From assembly GCF_003334785.1 (NCBI RefSeq), contig NZ_QOWV01000004.1: 64,000 bases of DNA, one strand, 5' to 3'. Each line of letters starts with the position of its first letter. The stretch's first letter is position 1. Shown here one piece after another: positions 39,901 to 53,531 of the stretch. Under the pieces are notes generated by a model that was not told the DNA's origin, did not search any database, and was given only the letters and a program-made list of their open reading frames with translations. The DNA is from Escherichia coli. GTDB taxonomy: Bacteria > Pseudomonadota > Gammaproteobacteria > Enterobacterales > Enterobacteriaceae. A program made the position numbers and the translations under genes.

Positions 39901-40720
39901 TCTCGCCCAACCAGCTGGCACCGCCCTGTTTCAGCCAGACGTCACCGCCGGTTACATCGCCTTTGTCGATCGTCATCCAGCCTTCAAGGGAGAACTGTGC
40001 CGTTTCCAGCGCAATATTGTCCTGCATCCATTTACCGAGCCACGGCTTCAGGTCGATGTCATCCGCCTGGAGCCAGACGCGACCATTGCTTAACAACCCC
40101 TCATCATCGCGCAAATCCATGCGCACCTGCATCACGCCGTGCTGTCCGGTAAGGCTGGAGAGGCTTACCAGGCCTTCCGCACGGTGTCGACGTGGATCGT
40201 TCAGCCAGGTGAGTTGTGGGATCGCCAGCTCGGCGCGCTGACCGGATGGCGTCAGGAAACTGACTTCACTGTCGCGAAGATCGAAATGGTCAAATTGACG
40301 AAGAAACAGATCGCTGATGTGACTGGCTTCCAGACTGTCATCACTACCACCGCTGGTGATAGGAGTGTTGGTGCGAAAGCGCAGCTGCCAGAAAGTGAGG
40401 TCGCGAAACTGCCAGCGCATATGTAACAGGCTCTGCCAGACATCCAGCGCCAGAGTAACGCGTTTAACCGAAAATTCGCCGCCATCTTTTAGTTCTGCAC
40501 GGATGTCGTGTGCTTCAAGCGTCGGGCCAAAATTCTGCCAGCTGGCTGAGAGCTGACTGGCTTCTACCGGCATGCCAGTCGCGGATTCTATTTTGTTGAG
40601 GATTTCCGGACGCCAGGCGTCAAGATGCGGTAAAGCAATACGCAGGCCGCTAACCAGCAGGGCAGCGATCACAACGAGCGCGGCTCCAGTAAGCAGTAAA
40701 ATCCCCGGCAATCGCCTCAC
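36920..40720 (-). CDS. yhdP: AsmA-like inner-membrane-anchored envelope protein YhdP, 1266 aa
   Basis: ORF 36920..40720 minus; N-terminal TM; C-terminal ...QPRKEKAQ. Confidence 0.9.
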   Translation of the reverse strand: MRRLPGILLLTGAALVVIAALLVSGLRIALPHLDAWRPEILNKIESATGMPVEASQLSASWQNFGPTLEAHDIRAELKDGGEFSVKRVTLALDVWQSLLHMRWQFRDLTFWQLRFRTNTPITSGGSDDSLEASHISDLFLRQFDHFDLRDSEVSFLTPSGQRAELAIPQLTWLNDPRRHRAEGLVSLSSLTGQHGVMQVRMDLRDDEGLLSNGRVWLQADDIDLKPWLGKWMQDNIALETAQFSLEGWMTIDKGDVTGGDVWLKQGGASWLGEKQTHTLSVDNLTAHITRENPGWQFSIPDTRITMDGKPWPSGALTLAWIPEQDVGGKDNKRSDELRIRASNLELAGLEGIRPLAAKLSPALGDVWRSTQPSGKINTLALDIPLQAADKTRFQASWSDLAWKQWKLLPGAEHFSGTLSGSVENGLLTASMKQAKMPYETVFRAPLEIADGQATISWLNNNKGFQLDGRNIDVKAKAVHARGGFRYLQPANDEPWLGILAGISTDDGSQAWRYFPENLMGKDLVDYLSGAIQGGEADNATLVYGGNPQLFPYKHNEGQFEVLVPLRNAKFAFQPDWPALTNLDIELDFINDGLWMKTDGVNLGGVRASNLTAVIPDYSKEKLLIDADIKGPGKAVGPYFDETPLKDSLGATLQELQLDGDVNARLHLDIPLNGELVTAKGEVTLRNNSLFIKPLDSTLKNLSGKFSFINSDLQSEPLTASWFNQPLNVDFSTKEGAKAYQVAVNLNGNWQPAKTGVLPEAVNEALSGSVAWDGKVGIDLPYHAGATYNIELNGDLKNVSSHLPSPLAKPAGEPLAVNVKVDGNLNSFELTGQAGADNHFNSRWLLGQKLTLDRAIWAADSKTLPPLPEQSGVELNMPPMNGAEWLALFQKGAAESVGGAASFPQHITLRTPMLSLGNQQWNNLSIVSQPTANGTLVEAQGREINATLAMRNNAPWLANIKYLYYNPSVAKTRGDSTPSSPFPTTERINFRGWPDAQIRCTECWFWGQKFGRIDSDITISGDTLTLTNGLIDTGFSRLTADGEWVNNPGNERTSLKGKLRGQKIDAAAEFFGVTTPIRQSSFNVDYDLHWRKAPWQPDEATLNGIIHTQLGKGEITEINTGHAGQLLRLLSVDALMRKLRFDFRDTFGEGFYFDSIRSTAWIKDGVMHTDDTLVDGLEADIAMKGSVNLVRRDLNMEAVVAPEISATVGVAAAFAVNPIVGAAVFAASKVLGPLWSKVSILRYHISGPLDDPQINEVLRQPRKEKAQ

Positions 40721-40787
40721 CCGTCACTCCTTGTCTGCTAAAAATGTGACTCAAAAACCCTTTGCCGGATGGCGGCCCAGCATCTGT

Positions 40788-42257
40788 TTACATCATTACG
40801 ACGTCAAACTGCTCCTGGTTATAGAGCGGTTCAATTTGTACTTTAACCTGTTTGCCAACGAAAATTTCCACTTCCGCCAGCGAGTGTGACTCTTCGCCTT
40901 TCAAGGCTTCAGCTACTGCCGGAGAAGCATAGACCAGGAAACGGTCGGAGTCGTAAGCATGGTGGACACGAACAATCTCGCGCATGATTTCATAGCATAC
41001 CGTTTCCACGGTTTTCACCGTTCCGCGACCGTGGCAGGTTGGGCATTCGTTACACAGTACGTGCTCAATGCTTTCGCGGGTGCGTTTACGCGTCATCTCC
41101 ACCAGCCCCAGCGCCGAAAAACCATTAACGCTGGTTTTCACCCGGTCTTTGCTCAACGCCTGCTCCAGCGAGTGCAGCACTCGGCGGCGGTGATCTTCAT
41201 TATTCATATCGATGAAATCAATAATGATAATCCCGCCCAGATTACGCAACCGTAACTGGCGAGCGATAGCCTGCGTCGCTTCAATATTGGTATTGAAAAT
41301 GGTGTCGTCCAGATTGCGATGACCGACAAACGCTCCGGTATTGATGTCCACGGTGGTCATCGCTTCGGTCTGGTCGATAATGAGATAACCACCGGATTTC
41401 AGTTCTACTTTGCGTTCCAGCGCTCGCTGGATTTCGTTTTCGACATCAAAGAGATCGAAAATCGGCTGGCGTCCTGTGTAATGCTCCAGCTTGCTTGTCA
41501 TCTCGGGAATGTACTCCGAGGTGAACTCAAGTAACGCTTCGTAAGTCAGGCGTGAGTCAACGCGAATGCGGTCCAGTTCGGCATCGGCGAAATCACGCAG
41601 AACACGCTGCGCCAGCGCCAGTTCGCCGTACAGCTGATAACGGGTCTGCGGGCGTTTTTTACGCTCCATAACTTTGGTCCAGACGCGTTTCAGATAAGCG
41701 GCATCGGAGGCCAGTTCAGCCTCGCCAACCCCTTCCGCTGCGGTACGGATGATAAACCCGCCCTGCTCGTCGCAATACTCTGCGACCACTTTTTTCAGGC
41801 GTTCACGTTCTGATTCGCTTTCAATACGTTGGGAAACCCCAACGTGAGAAGCCCCTGGCATAAACACCAGATAGCGAGAAGGGAGCGTGATATCGGTGGT
41901 CAGGCGCGCACCTTTAGTGCCAAGCGGATCTTTCACCACCTGCACCATCAGATCTTGCCCCTGACGAACCAGTTCCGAGATGTCGCGCACCGTGAATTGC
42001 TTTTGTTCTTCACCCGCCACACATTCGGTGTGCGGCATGATGTCGGATGCATGAAGAAACGCGGCTTTATCCAGCCCAATATCTACAAAAGCCGCCTGCA
42101 TACCCGGAAGTACACGACTTACACGACCCTTGTAGATATTGCCTACTATTCCGCGTCGCGCCTCACGTTCAATATGAATTTCCTGCAGAATACCGCCATC
42201 AATATACGCCACTCGCGTTTCCGAAGGCGTTACGTTTACTAACAATTCAGCCGTCAT
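40788..42257 (-). CDS. rng: Ribonuclease G, 489 aa
   Basis: ORF 40788..42275; start trimmed to ATG at 42257 ([15 protein letters not shown]...). Confidence 0.9.
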
Positions 42258-42840
42258 GTTTATCCCTTTTCTCACGCAGTGCGTTAAAATTACTTAATAA
42301 TTCATACGTTTCAACCAGCGGTAAGCCGACTACGGCGTGATAGCTGCCATTTATCTTCCTGACAAAACAGCCACCCAGCCCCTGAATACCGTATGCACCT
42401 GCTTTATCTAACGGTTCATCGCTGGCGACATAGCCCGCGATGTCTTCGTCTGTTAACGTTCTGAAAGTCACATCGGTGACCACCAGGCAATCGAGAATGT
42501 GCTGGCTGTCGGCCAACGCCACTGCTGTCATCACCTGATGGGTCTGACCCGATAATTTGCGCAACATCTGCGCCGCATGCTCTGCGTCGCGCGGTTTCTC
42601 CAGCACTTCTCCGTTCAGGATAACGATAGTATCCGCACCCAGCACCGGGAGATCCTTCGCCGTTTGCGCGACACCTGCCCGTGCTTTCTCGCGCGCCAGA
42701 CGCACAACATACTGCTGCGCGCTCTCCTGCGGCTGACGCTGCTCCTCAATGCCCGTAACAATACGTTCAAAGGTCACGCCAAGTTGCGCAAGTAACTCCT
42801 GACGACGCGGAGAACCGGAAGCTAAATACAGAGAAGTCAT
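42247..42840 (-). CDS. yhdE: Maf-like nucleoside triphosphate pyrophosphatase, 197 aa
   Basis: ORF 42247..42900; start trimmed to ATG at 42840 ([17 protein letters not shown]...). Confidence 0.85.
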   Translation of the reverse strand: MTSLYLASGSPRRQELLAQLGVTFERIVTGIEEQRQPQESAQQYVVRLAREKARAGVAQTAKDLPVLGADTIVILNGEVLEKPRDAEHAAQMLRKLSGQTHQVMTAVALADSQHILDCLVVTDVTFRTLTDEDIAGYVASDEPLDKAGAYGIQGLGGCFVRKINGSYHAVVGLPLVETYELLSNFNALREKRDKHDG

Positions 42841-42848
42841 AGAAACCT

Positions 42849-44440
<1,592 letters not shown>

Positions 44441-44505
44441 AAGTTATGCGTATTCTCGTATCAGACCAGGCAGGGTAAACAGACACTTCCCCTGCCTGCA
44501 TCCGA

Positions 44506-45675
<1,170 letters not shown>

Positions 45676-45853
45676 TTACAAATCTCTGCCTGAGTCCAGA
45701 AAGGCTTAATGCATCAGCAGCATTCCTCGCCTGTTTGCAACCGCGTAAGGTCATTCATCTGCATATGTGCTGCAACAATCTGGCGAGCAGACAAGCACAC
45801 TCCCATGAGACGCAGCGCGCGTTATTCTACGTGAAAACGGATTAAACGGCAGG

Positions 45854-47794
45854 TTAAACCGAGTATCTTTGTGAATATTTTTTCACGTTAGTATCAAGTG
45901 GCTGTGAGGACGCGAAAAAATCCCCTTGCCCGCCTGTAACACCGCGCTGAATCAGGGTCTGCCACTCGCTTCGCGAACGCACGCCGGTGGCGTAAACCTG
46001 GGTGCTGGTCCCGGAGCAGGCTTCCACCAGGCTTTGAACCAGCAGCTGGTTCTCCGTTCGCTTCTCAATGTTTCTGACCAGCCCCGGATGGAGCTTGAGT
46101 AACTCAACATTAAGTTCTTTGATCCAACTGGTACTTACCAGCGTCAAACCAGCCTGGTTGACGGCTACCCGTACCCCTAAAGCATTCACTAAACGAATAA
46201 CAGGTTGTAAACGACTGATATGTTGACCTACATCGGCCTCTGCAAGTTCAATAATTATGCGTTTTCGTTGTGATTTTTCACATTGCATTAACGTATCGCG
46301 CAGCCAACGCTGAAAACGCGGGCGAATCAGCGACTCAACGGTAACCTGAATCGCCAGATTTTCCTCTGGCCAGTAACGCAATAGTGGAATAAGACGGCTG
46401 ATTTGCAGACGGTCATACTCTTCCGATAAGCCAAACTGCAAGACCATCGGCATATACTCCGCCGAGCTAACCTCTTCATTACCATCGAAGATGCGGCACA
46501 TGAGTTCGCGATGATGAACCTGACCTTCGCGAGTAACCGCCGGTTTTTGATAAAGGCGCGGGCCGCCGCGACTGAGCATTTGCTCGATAAGCGTACGCCA
46601 GCGAACATTACCGCGTCCTTTTTCAGGCAACGAGTCATCGTAAATAGCCCAGCTATTGCCGCCCTGCAATCCCGCATTACGCGTGGCAGACTCTGCATGT
46701 TCCATTACCTGCTCGGTATCCTGACCACTACGCCAGGCGCAGATACCAATGTGGATCATATCGTCGCGATCGAGCATTTTATTGTTCGGCAAGGTATCAA
46801 CGGCTTTGATTAACTGACCGGCGATGCTCTCTGCCTCTTTTAACGTCCGGTGCGGTAACAGCGCAGCAAAATCACTGCGGTGGTAACGCGCCAGCAGTGC
46901 GCCAGGGTAGCGCATCATAAATGTCGACAGCAGATTCGTCAGAGTGAAGAACTGTTCTTCAACCTGGCTGTGCCCCCAGGTATCGCTCAACATATTGAAA
47001 TCCGGCAGACGAATCATCATCACGATCCCGTGGGTACCTACTTTCTCCTGATCTTCCAGTAACGTTGCTAACTGATTATCGAAAAAGAGTCGGTTATTGA
47101 GGCCGGTTTTCACGTCCTGGGCGGCATAAGAGCGGATCAGCGTATCAAGACGGCTGTGTTGTTCGCGTGCGTTCTGAATTTCACGAAGCAGCGTATCCAG
47201 CGCACTGCTGGTTCTGGGCGGCCATTCATAGATGGTTCCCAACACATTAGAGCCACGCTCACCGTTTAAGATACGAGTAGCCCGGGTTTCCAGCAATTCT
47301 TGCCCGGCAAGTTGCCGTTGTAACCAGCGTACCGCCAGGAAGAGCATAACAATGATAAAGCCAATCGCCCCCGTGAGCGGCGCGGTGGTCATCAACGAAT
47401 GGAAATAGTTGCCCATCGGATCCTGATAAACCAGACGCAACGACATCCCCGGATGCTTTATCAACGGAACGCTCAGTTCGCGAAACAGATCGCTGGAGCC
47501 AACTGGACGATAACTACCATTTCTGGCCAGGGTATAAACCTGTTTATCACCATGGAGCAGGTCTACACGAACGATATCTGCCGACATCATTAATTCGGTA
47601 ATTTGTGGCCTTAATACGCTGAAGTCATTCGACACAAGGTGGGTATCAATCGCCGTCGCCACCGCCTGAACGCGATGACTAAACTTATACTGAATGGCGT
47701 TGTAGAAACTTAGCGAACAGCCCAGCAAAGTCACAAAAATTGTTAACCCGGTGAGCAGCGTAACAAAGGCCGAAAATTTCGTCGTTAATCTCAT
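45854..47794 (-). CDS. csrD: CsrD, degenerate GGDEF-EAL regulator of CsrB/CsrC turnover, 646 aa
   Basis: ORF 45854..47794 minus; N-terminal TM segments. Confidence 0.9.
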   Translation of the reverse strand: MRLTTKFSAFVTLLTGLTIFVTLLGCSLSFYNAIQYKFSHRVQAVATAIDTHLVSNDFSVLRPQITELMMSADIVRVDLLHGDKQVYTLARNGSYRPVGSSDLFRELSVPLIKHPGMSLRLVYQDPMGNYFHSLMTTAPLTGAIGFIIVMLFLAVRWLQRQLAGQELLETRATRILNGERGSNVLGTIYEWPPRTSSALDTLLREIQNAREQHSRLDTLIRSYAAQDVKTGLNNRLFFDNQLATLLEDQEKVGTHGIVMMIRLPDFNMLSDTWGHSQVEEQFFTLTNLLSTFMMRYPGALLARYHRSDFAALLPHRTLKEAESIAGQLIKAVDTLPNNKMLDRDDMIHIGICAWRSGQDTEQVMEHAESATRNAGLQGGNSWAIYDDSLPEKGRGNVRWRTLIEQMLSRGGPRLYQKPAVTREGQVHHRELMCRIFDGNEEVSSAEYMPMVLQFGLSEEYDRLQISRLIPLLRYWPEENLAIQVTVESLIRPRFQRWLRDTLMQCEKSQRKRIIIELAEADVGQHISRLQPVIRLVNALGVRVAVNQAGLTLVSTSWIKELNVELLKLHPGLVRNIEKRTENQLLVQSLVEACSGTSTQVYATGVRSRSEWQTLIQRGVTGGQGDFFASSQPLDTNVKKYSQRYSV

Positions 47795-47945
47795 CCTTGT
47801 GTTAACTCCGATAGTGAGGAAGCGGGCATACTAGCAAATCAGATTTATCTCGCAATTTATTGCGCTTCATCGGCTTTGCTTTTCCATTAGCGAGTATAGT
47901 CTTCAGAAATTATTTTCCAATCCATCATGCACATGAGGACCACTT

Positions 47946-48920
47946 ATGCAGGCGTTACTTTTAGAACAGCAGGACGGCAAAACTCTCGCATCAGTACAGA
48001 CTCTGGACGAAAGTCGCCTGCCGGAGGGCGATGTCACGGTCGATGTTCACTGGTCGAGCCTGAACTATAAAGATGCGCTGGCGATTACCGGTAAGGGAAA
48101 AATCATCCGTAATTTTCCGATGATTCCTGGGATCGATTTTGCCGGAACTGTACGCACCAGCGAAGATCCGCGTTTTCATGCCGGTCAGGAGGTGTTACTC
48201 ACTGGCTGGGGCGTTGGTGAAAACCACTGGGGTGGGCTGGCGGAGCAGGCGCGAGTGAAAGGTGACTGGCTGGTTGCCATGCCGCAAGGGCTGGACGCGC
48301 GTAAAGCAATGATTATCGGTACTGCCGGTTTTACCGCCATGCTGTGTGTGATGGCGCTGGAAGATGCCGGTGTTCGCCCGCAGGACGGGGAGATTGTCGT
48401 GACGGGTGCCAGTGGTGGCGTCGGCAGTACCGCCGTGGCGCTGCTGCATAAGTTGGGTTATCAGGTCGTTGCCGTTTCCGGTCGCGAAAGTACCCATGAA
48501 TATCTGAAAAGTTTAGGTGCTAGCCGTGTTCTCCCTCGTGATGAGTTTGCCGAATCCCGTCCTCTGGAAAAACAAGTCTGGGCTGGGGCAATTGACACCG
48601 TTGGCGACAAAGTGCTGGCAAAAGTGCTGGCGCAAATGAATTACGGCGGCTGCGTGGCGGCCTGTGGTCTGGCGGGTGGTTTTACTCTGCCAACCACGGT
48701 CATGCCATTTATTCTGCGTAATGTCCGTTTGCAAGGGGTGGATTCAGTAATGACGCCACCAGAACGCCGCGCACAAGCCTGGCAGCGACTGGTCGCCGAT
48801 TTACCGGAATCATTCTATACCCAGGCGGCAAAAGAGATATCTCTGTCAGAGGCACCGAACTTTGCCGAGGCCATCATTAATAACCAGATCCAGGGTCGCA
48901 CGCTGGTGAAGGTTAACTAA
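47946..48920 (+). CDS. acuI: Acrylyl-CoA reductase AcuI (YhdH, MDR family), 324 aa
   Basis: ORF 47946..48920; GASGGVG NADPH-binding motif. Confidence 0.85.
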   Translation: MQALLLEQQDGKTLASVQTLDESRLPEGDVTVDVHWSSLNYKDALAITGKGKIIRNFPMIPGIDFAGTVRTSEDPRFHAGQEVLLTGWGVGENHWGGLAEQARVKGDWLVAMPQGLDARKAMIIGTAGFTAMLCVMALEDAGVRPQDGEIVVTGASGGVGSTAVALLHKLGYQVVAVSGRESTHEYLKSLGASRVLPRDEFAESRPLEKQVWAGAIDTVGDKVLAKVLAQMNYGGCVAACGLAGGFTLPTTVMPFILRNVRLQGVDSVMTPPERRAQAWQRLVADLPESFYTQAAKEISLSEAPNFAEAIINNQIQGRTLVKVN

Positions 48921-49589
48921 CCATTTAGCAGGGAATAATAAGAGAGGGAACTCATTTTGAAATCATTATTCAATCGGTTAACGGGAAAAGCGGTTAGCCG
49001 GACAGCTTTCGTCGAACACCTTGGTCAGGAAGTTATACAACATCATCCAAACTGGAAAGTCATGATTTCGACTGACCACAAATTGATGCGCATTGATACT
49101 CCACTAAACAGCTATTATTGATACGCCTCCGTCGCCTGTTAGGTTTATGGTGCTTTGCCTGGGCGACGCTACGCTTAGCCCCTTACTTATTTCTGGTACC
49201 ATGGGGTGAATAATCTGATTTTGTTTGACTACAAATTAATCACTCGAACCTATTTAATGCTGAGCATTGTCAATCGGTTAATTTTGCGTGCTTTAGCATT
49301 CACATCTATCCAGACGATGCAGTGAAAATTGGGTAATCCCCAGCAACCGCTGCGTAATGTCGTCTATCTTGTCGCGATCCTGGCATCCCTACATTATTTG
49401 TGGTCTGTGAAGATTATCTCATTGCAGCCCCTCATCTTCGCAGGGCTGGCTTTTCAGCTTTTCACCTTACGTTATAAGAAGTTCCGTCGATGATGGCGCT
49501 AATTTCGTGAATTGTGCGGCTTGTTGCAAATTACACGGTGTTGAAGGTTATTTACATGTTAGCTGTTGATTATCTTCCCTGATAAGACC

Positions 49590-49635
49590 AGTATTTAGCT
49601 GCCAATTGCTACGAAATCGTTATAATGTGCGACCT
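49590..49635 (+). promoter_or_regulatory. Candidate sigma70 promoter upstream of accBC (perfect TATAAT at 49621..49626, weak -35)
   Basis: tataat read at 49621; no good TTGACA at 17 +/- 1 spacing; would give a leader of about 265 nt. Confidence 0.3.
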
Positions 49636-49897
49636 CGTCCTCCCTGACGCAGTTTTTGCGCTGCGGAAAAGGTGACATTGGCGCAACGAAGGTATATTTT
49701 GTTTTTTGCCGGAGGATAGCAGCAGATCGCTGCACAATGTCCGTCAAGTCTAACATTGACACTCTGGGGCAAAATAGACCGGCGTCCCGGCCTGCTGGAA
49801 TTTATCGCTATGCATACAGCTGTCGGGGCATACGCTTTACAGACGGCGGTGAAACGCCTGTCACAATCACACTAAACAAAGAGTACGGAACCCACTC

Positions 49898-50368
49898 ATG
49901 GATATTCGTAAGATTAAAAAACTGATCGAGCTGGTTGAAGAATCAGGCATCTCCGAACTGGAAATTTCTGAAGGCGAAGAGTCAGTACGCATTAGCCGTG
50001 CAGCTCCTGCCGCAAGTTTCCCTGTGATGCAACAAGCTTACGCTGCACCAATGATGCAGCAGCCAGCTCAATCTAACGCAGCCGCTCCGGCGACCGTTCC
50101 TTCCATGGAAGCGCCAGCAGCAGCGGAAATCAGTGGTCACATCGTACGTTCCCCGATGGTTGGTACTTTCTACCGCACCCCAAGCCCGGACGCAAAAGCG
50201 TTCATCGAAGTGGGTCAGAAAGTCAACGTGGGCGATACCCTGTGCATCGTTGAAGCCATGAAAATGATGAACCAGATCGAAGCGGACAAATCCGGTACCG
50301 TGAAAGCAATTCTGGTCGAAAGTGGACAACCGGTAGAATTTGACGAGCCGCTGGTCGTCATCGAGTAA
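49898..50368 (+). CDS. accB: Biotin carboxyl carrier protein, 156 aa
   Basis: ORF 49898..50368; biotinylation motif EAMKMMN. Confidence 0.95.
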
Positions 50369-50378
50369 CGAGGCGAAC

Positions 50379-51728
50379 ATGCTGGATAAAATTGTTATTG
50401 CCAACCGCGGCGAGATTGCATTGCGTATTCTTCGTGCCTGTAAAGAACTGGGCATCAAGACTGTCGCTGTGCACTCCAGCGCGGATCGCGATCTAAAACA
50501 CGTATTACTGGCAGATGAAACGGTCTGTATTGGCCCTGCTCCGTCAGTAAAAAGTTATCTGAACATCCCGGCAATCATCAGCGCCGCTGAAATCACCGGC
50601 GCAGTAGCAATCCATCCGGGTTACGGCTTCCTCTCCGAGAACGCCAACTTTGCCGAGCAGGTTGAACGCTCCGGCTTTATCTTCATTGGCCCGAAAGCAG
50701 AAACCATTCGCCTGATGGGCGACAAAGTATCCGCAATCGCGGCGATGAAAAAAGCGGGCGTCCCTTGCGTACCGGGTTCTGACGGCCCGCTGGGCGACGA
50801 TATGGATAAAAACCGTGCCATTGCTAAACGCATTGGTTATCCGGTGATTATCAAAGCCTCCGGCGGCGGCGGCGGTCGCGGTATGCGCGTAGTGCGCGGC
50901 GACGCTGAACTGGCACAATCCATCTCCATGACCCGTGCGGAAGCGAAAGCTGCTTTCAGCAACGATATGGTTTACATGGAGAAATACCTGGAAAATCCTC
51001 GCCACGTCGAGATTCAGGTACTGGCTGACGGTCAGGGCAACGCTATCTATCTGGCGGAACGTGACTGCTCCATGCAACGCCGCCACCAGAAAGTGGTCGA
51101 AGAAGCGCCAGCACCGGGCATTACCCCGGAACTGCGTCGCTACATCGGCGAACGTTGCGCTAAAGCGTGTGTTGATATCGGCTATCGCGGTGCAGGTACT
51201 TTCGAGTTCCTGTTCGAAAACGGCGAGTTCTATTTCATCGAAATGAACACCCGTATTCAGGTAGAACACCCGGTTACAGAAATGATCACCGGCGTTGACC
51301 TGATCAAAGAACAGCTGCGTATCGCTGCCGGTCAACCGCTGTCGATCAAGCAAGAAGAAGTTCACGTTCGCGGCCATGCGGTGGAATGTCGTATCAACGC
51401 CGAAGATCCGAACACCTTCCTGCCAAGTCCGGGCAAAATCACCCGTTTCCACGCACCTGGCGGTTTTGGCGTACGTTGGGAGTCTCATATCTACGCGGGC
51501 TACACCGTACCGCCGTACTATGACTCAATGATCGGTAAGCTGATTTGCTACGGTGAAAACCGTGACGTGGCGATTGCCCGCATGAAGAATGCGCTGCAGG
51601 AGCTGATCATCGACGGTATCAAAACCAACGTTGATCTGCAGATCCGCATCATGAATGACGAGAACTTCCAGCATGGTGGCACTAACATCCACTATCTGGA
51701 GAAAAAACTCGGTCTTCAGGAAAAATAA
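50379..51728 (+). CDS. accC: Biotin carboxylase, 449 aa
   Basis: ORF 50340..51728; start trimmed to ATG at 50379 ([16 protein letters not shown]...). Confidence 0.95.
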
Positions 51729-51743
51729 GACTGCTAAAGCGTC

Positions 51744-51770
51744 AAAAGGCCGGATTTTCCGGCCTTTTTT
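51744..51770 (+). terminator. Rho-independent terminator after accC
   Basis: aaaa-ggccgg-atttt-ccggcc-tttttt, 16 bp after stop. Confidence 0.65.
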
Positions 51771-51836
51771 ATTACTGGGGATCGACAACCCCCATAAGGT
51801 ACAATCCCCGCTTTCTTCACCCATCAGGGACAAAAA

Positions 51837-52079
51837 ATGGACACTCGTTTTGTTCAGGCCCATAAAGAGGCGCGCTGGGCGCTGGGGCTGACCCTTTTGT
51901 ATCTGGCAGTTTGGTTAGTAGCCGCTTACTTATCTGGCGTTGCCCCCGGTTTTACCGGCTTTCCGCGCTGGTTTGAGATGGCCTGCATCCTGACGCCGCT
52001 GCTGTTTATTGGACTGTGCTGGGCGATGGTGAAATTTATCTATCGCGATATCCCACTGGAGGATGACGATGCAGCTTGA
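51837..52079 (+). CDS. yhdT: Small membrane protein YhdT (DUF997), 80 aa
   Basis: ORF 51837..52079; overlaps panF start. Confidence 0.75.
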   Translation: MDTRFVQAHKEARWALGLTLLYLAVWLVAAYLSGVAPGFTGFPRWFEMACILTPLLFIGLCWAMVKFIYRDIPLEDDDAA

Positions 52080-53520
52080 AGTAATTCTACCGCTGGTCGC
52101 CTATCTGGTGGTGGTGTTCGGTATCTCGGTTTATGCGATGCGTAAACGGAGCACCGGCACCTTCCTTAATGAGTATTTCCTCGGCAGCCGCTCTATGGGC
52201 GGTATTGTGCTGGCGATGACGCTCACCGCGACCTATATCAGTGCCAGTTCGTTTATCGGCGGGCCAGGAGCTGCTTATAAATACGGGCTGGGCTGGGTAT
52301 TGCTGGCGATGATTCAGCTTCCTGCAGTCTGGCTTTCACTCGGTATTCTCGGCAAGAAGTTTGCGATTCTTGCGCGCCGCTACAATGCAGTGACGCTGAA
52401 CGATATGCTGTTTGCCCGCTACCAGAGTCGTCTTCTGGTGTGGCTGGCGAGTTTGAGTTTGCTGGTTGCGTTCGTTGGTGCGATGACCGTGCAGTTTATC
52501 GGCGGTGCGCGCCTGCTGGAAACCGCGGCGGGTATTCCTTATGAAACCGGGCTGCTGATTTTTGGTATCAGCATTGCGTTATATACCGCCTTTGGTGGCT
52601 TTCGCGCCAGCGTGCTGAACGACACCATGCAAGGGCTTGTGATGCTGATTGGCACCGTTGTGCTGCTTATTGGCGTAGTACATGCCGCTGGCGGCTTAAG
52701 TAACGCAGTACAGACCTTGCAAACCATCGATCCGCAACTGGTTACGCCACAAGGCGCTGACGATATTCTGTCGCCTGCCTTTATGACGTCGTTCTGGGTA
52801 CTGGTGTGTTTTGGCGTGATTGGCCTGCCGCATACTGCGGTGCGCTGTATCTCTTATAAAGACAGCAAAGCCGTACATCGGGGGATCATCATCGGTACGA
52901 TTGTGGTCGCAATTCTGATGTTCGGTATGCACCTGGCCGGAGCGTTAGGTCGGGCGGTGATCCCCGATCTCACCGTACCGGACCTGGTGATCCCAACGTT
53001 AATGGTAAAAGTGCTGCCACCGTTTGCTGCCGGGATCTTCCTGGCTGCACCGATGGCTGCGATCATGTCGACAATTAACGCCCAACTGCTGCAAAGTTCC
53101 GCTACGATCATTAAAGATCTCTATCTGAATATCCGTCCGGATCAAATGCAAAACGAGACGCGTCTGAAGCGGATGTCGGCGGTAATTACGTTAGTTCTCG
53201 GCGCGTTGCTGCTGCTTGCCGCCTGGAAGCCGCCAGAAATGATCATCTGGCTGAATTTGTTGGCCTTCGGTGGGCTGGAAGCCGTTTTCCTGTGGCCGCT
53301 GGTGCTGGGTCTTTACTGGGAACGCGCCAACGCCAAAGGCGCGCTAAGTGCGATGATCGTTGGCGGCGTGCTGTATGCCGTACTCGCGACGCTGAATATT
53401 CAGTACCTGGGCTTCCACCCTATCGTGCCCTCGTTACTACTAAGTTTGCTGGCTTTCCTGGTCGGAAACCGTTTCGGTACATCCGTCCCGCAAGCTACCG
53501 TTTTGACTACTGATAAATAA
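52069..53520 (+). CDS. panF: Sodium/pantothenate symporter, 483 aa
   Basis: ORF 52063..53520; start trimmed to ATG at 52069 ([13 protein letters not shown]...). Confidence 0.9.
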
Positions 53521-53531
53521 AGAGTTTTGCC

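Noticed and set aside
39588-40241. 217-aa plus-strand ORF inside yhdP
   Set aside because: Antisense to yhdP; Ser/Pro/Arg-rich low-complexity translation.
49656-49925. 89-aa ORF upstream of and overlapping the accB start
   Set aside because: Out of frame with accB, no Shine-Dalgarno sequence, no recognisable motif; more likely part of the accBC leader.
50544-51488. 314-aa minus-strand ORF antisense to accC
   Set aside because: Entirely within accC on the opposite strand; accC is an unambiguous conserved gene.
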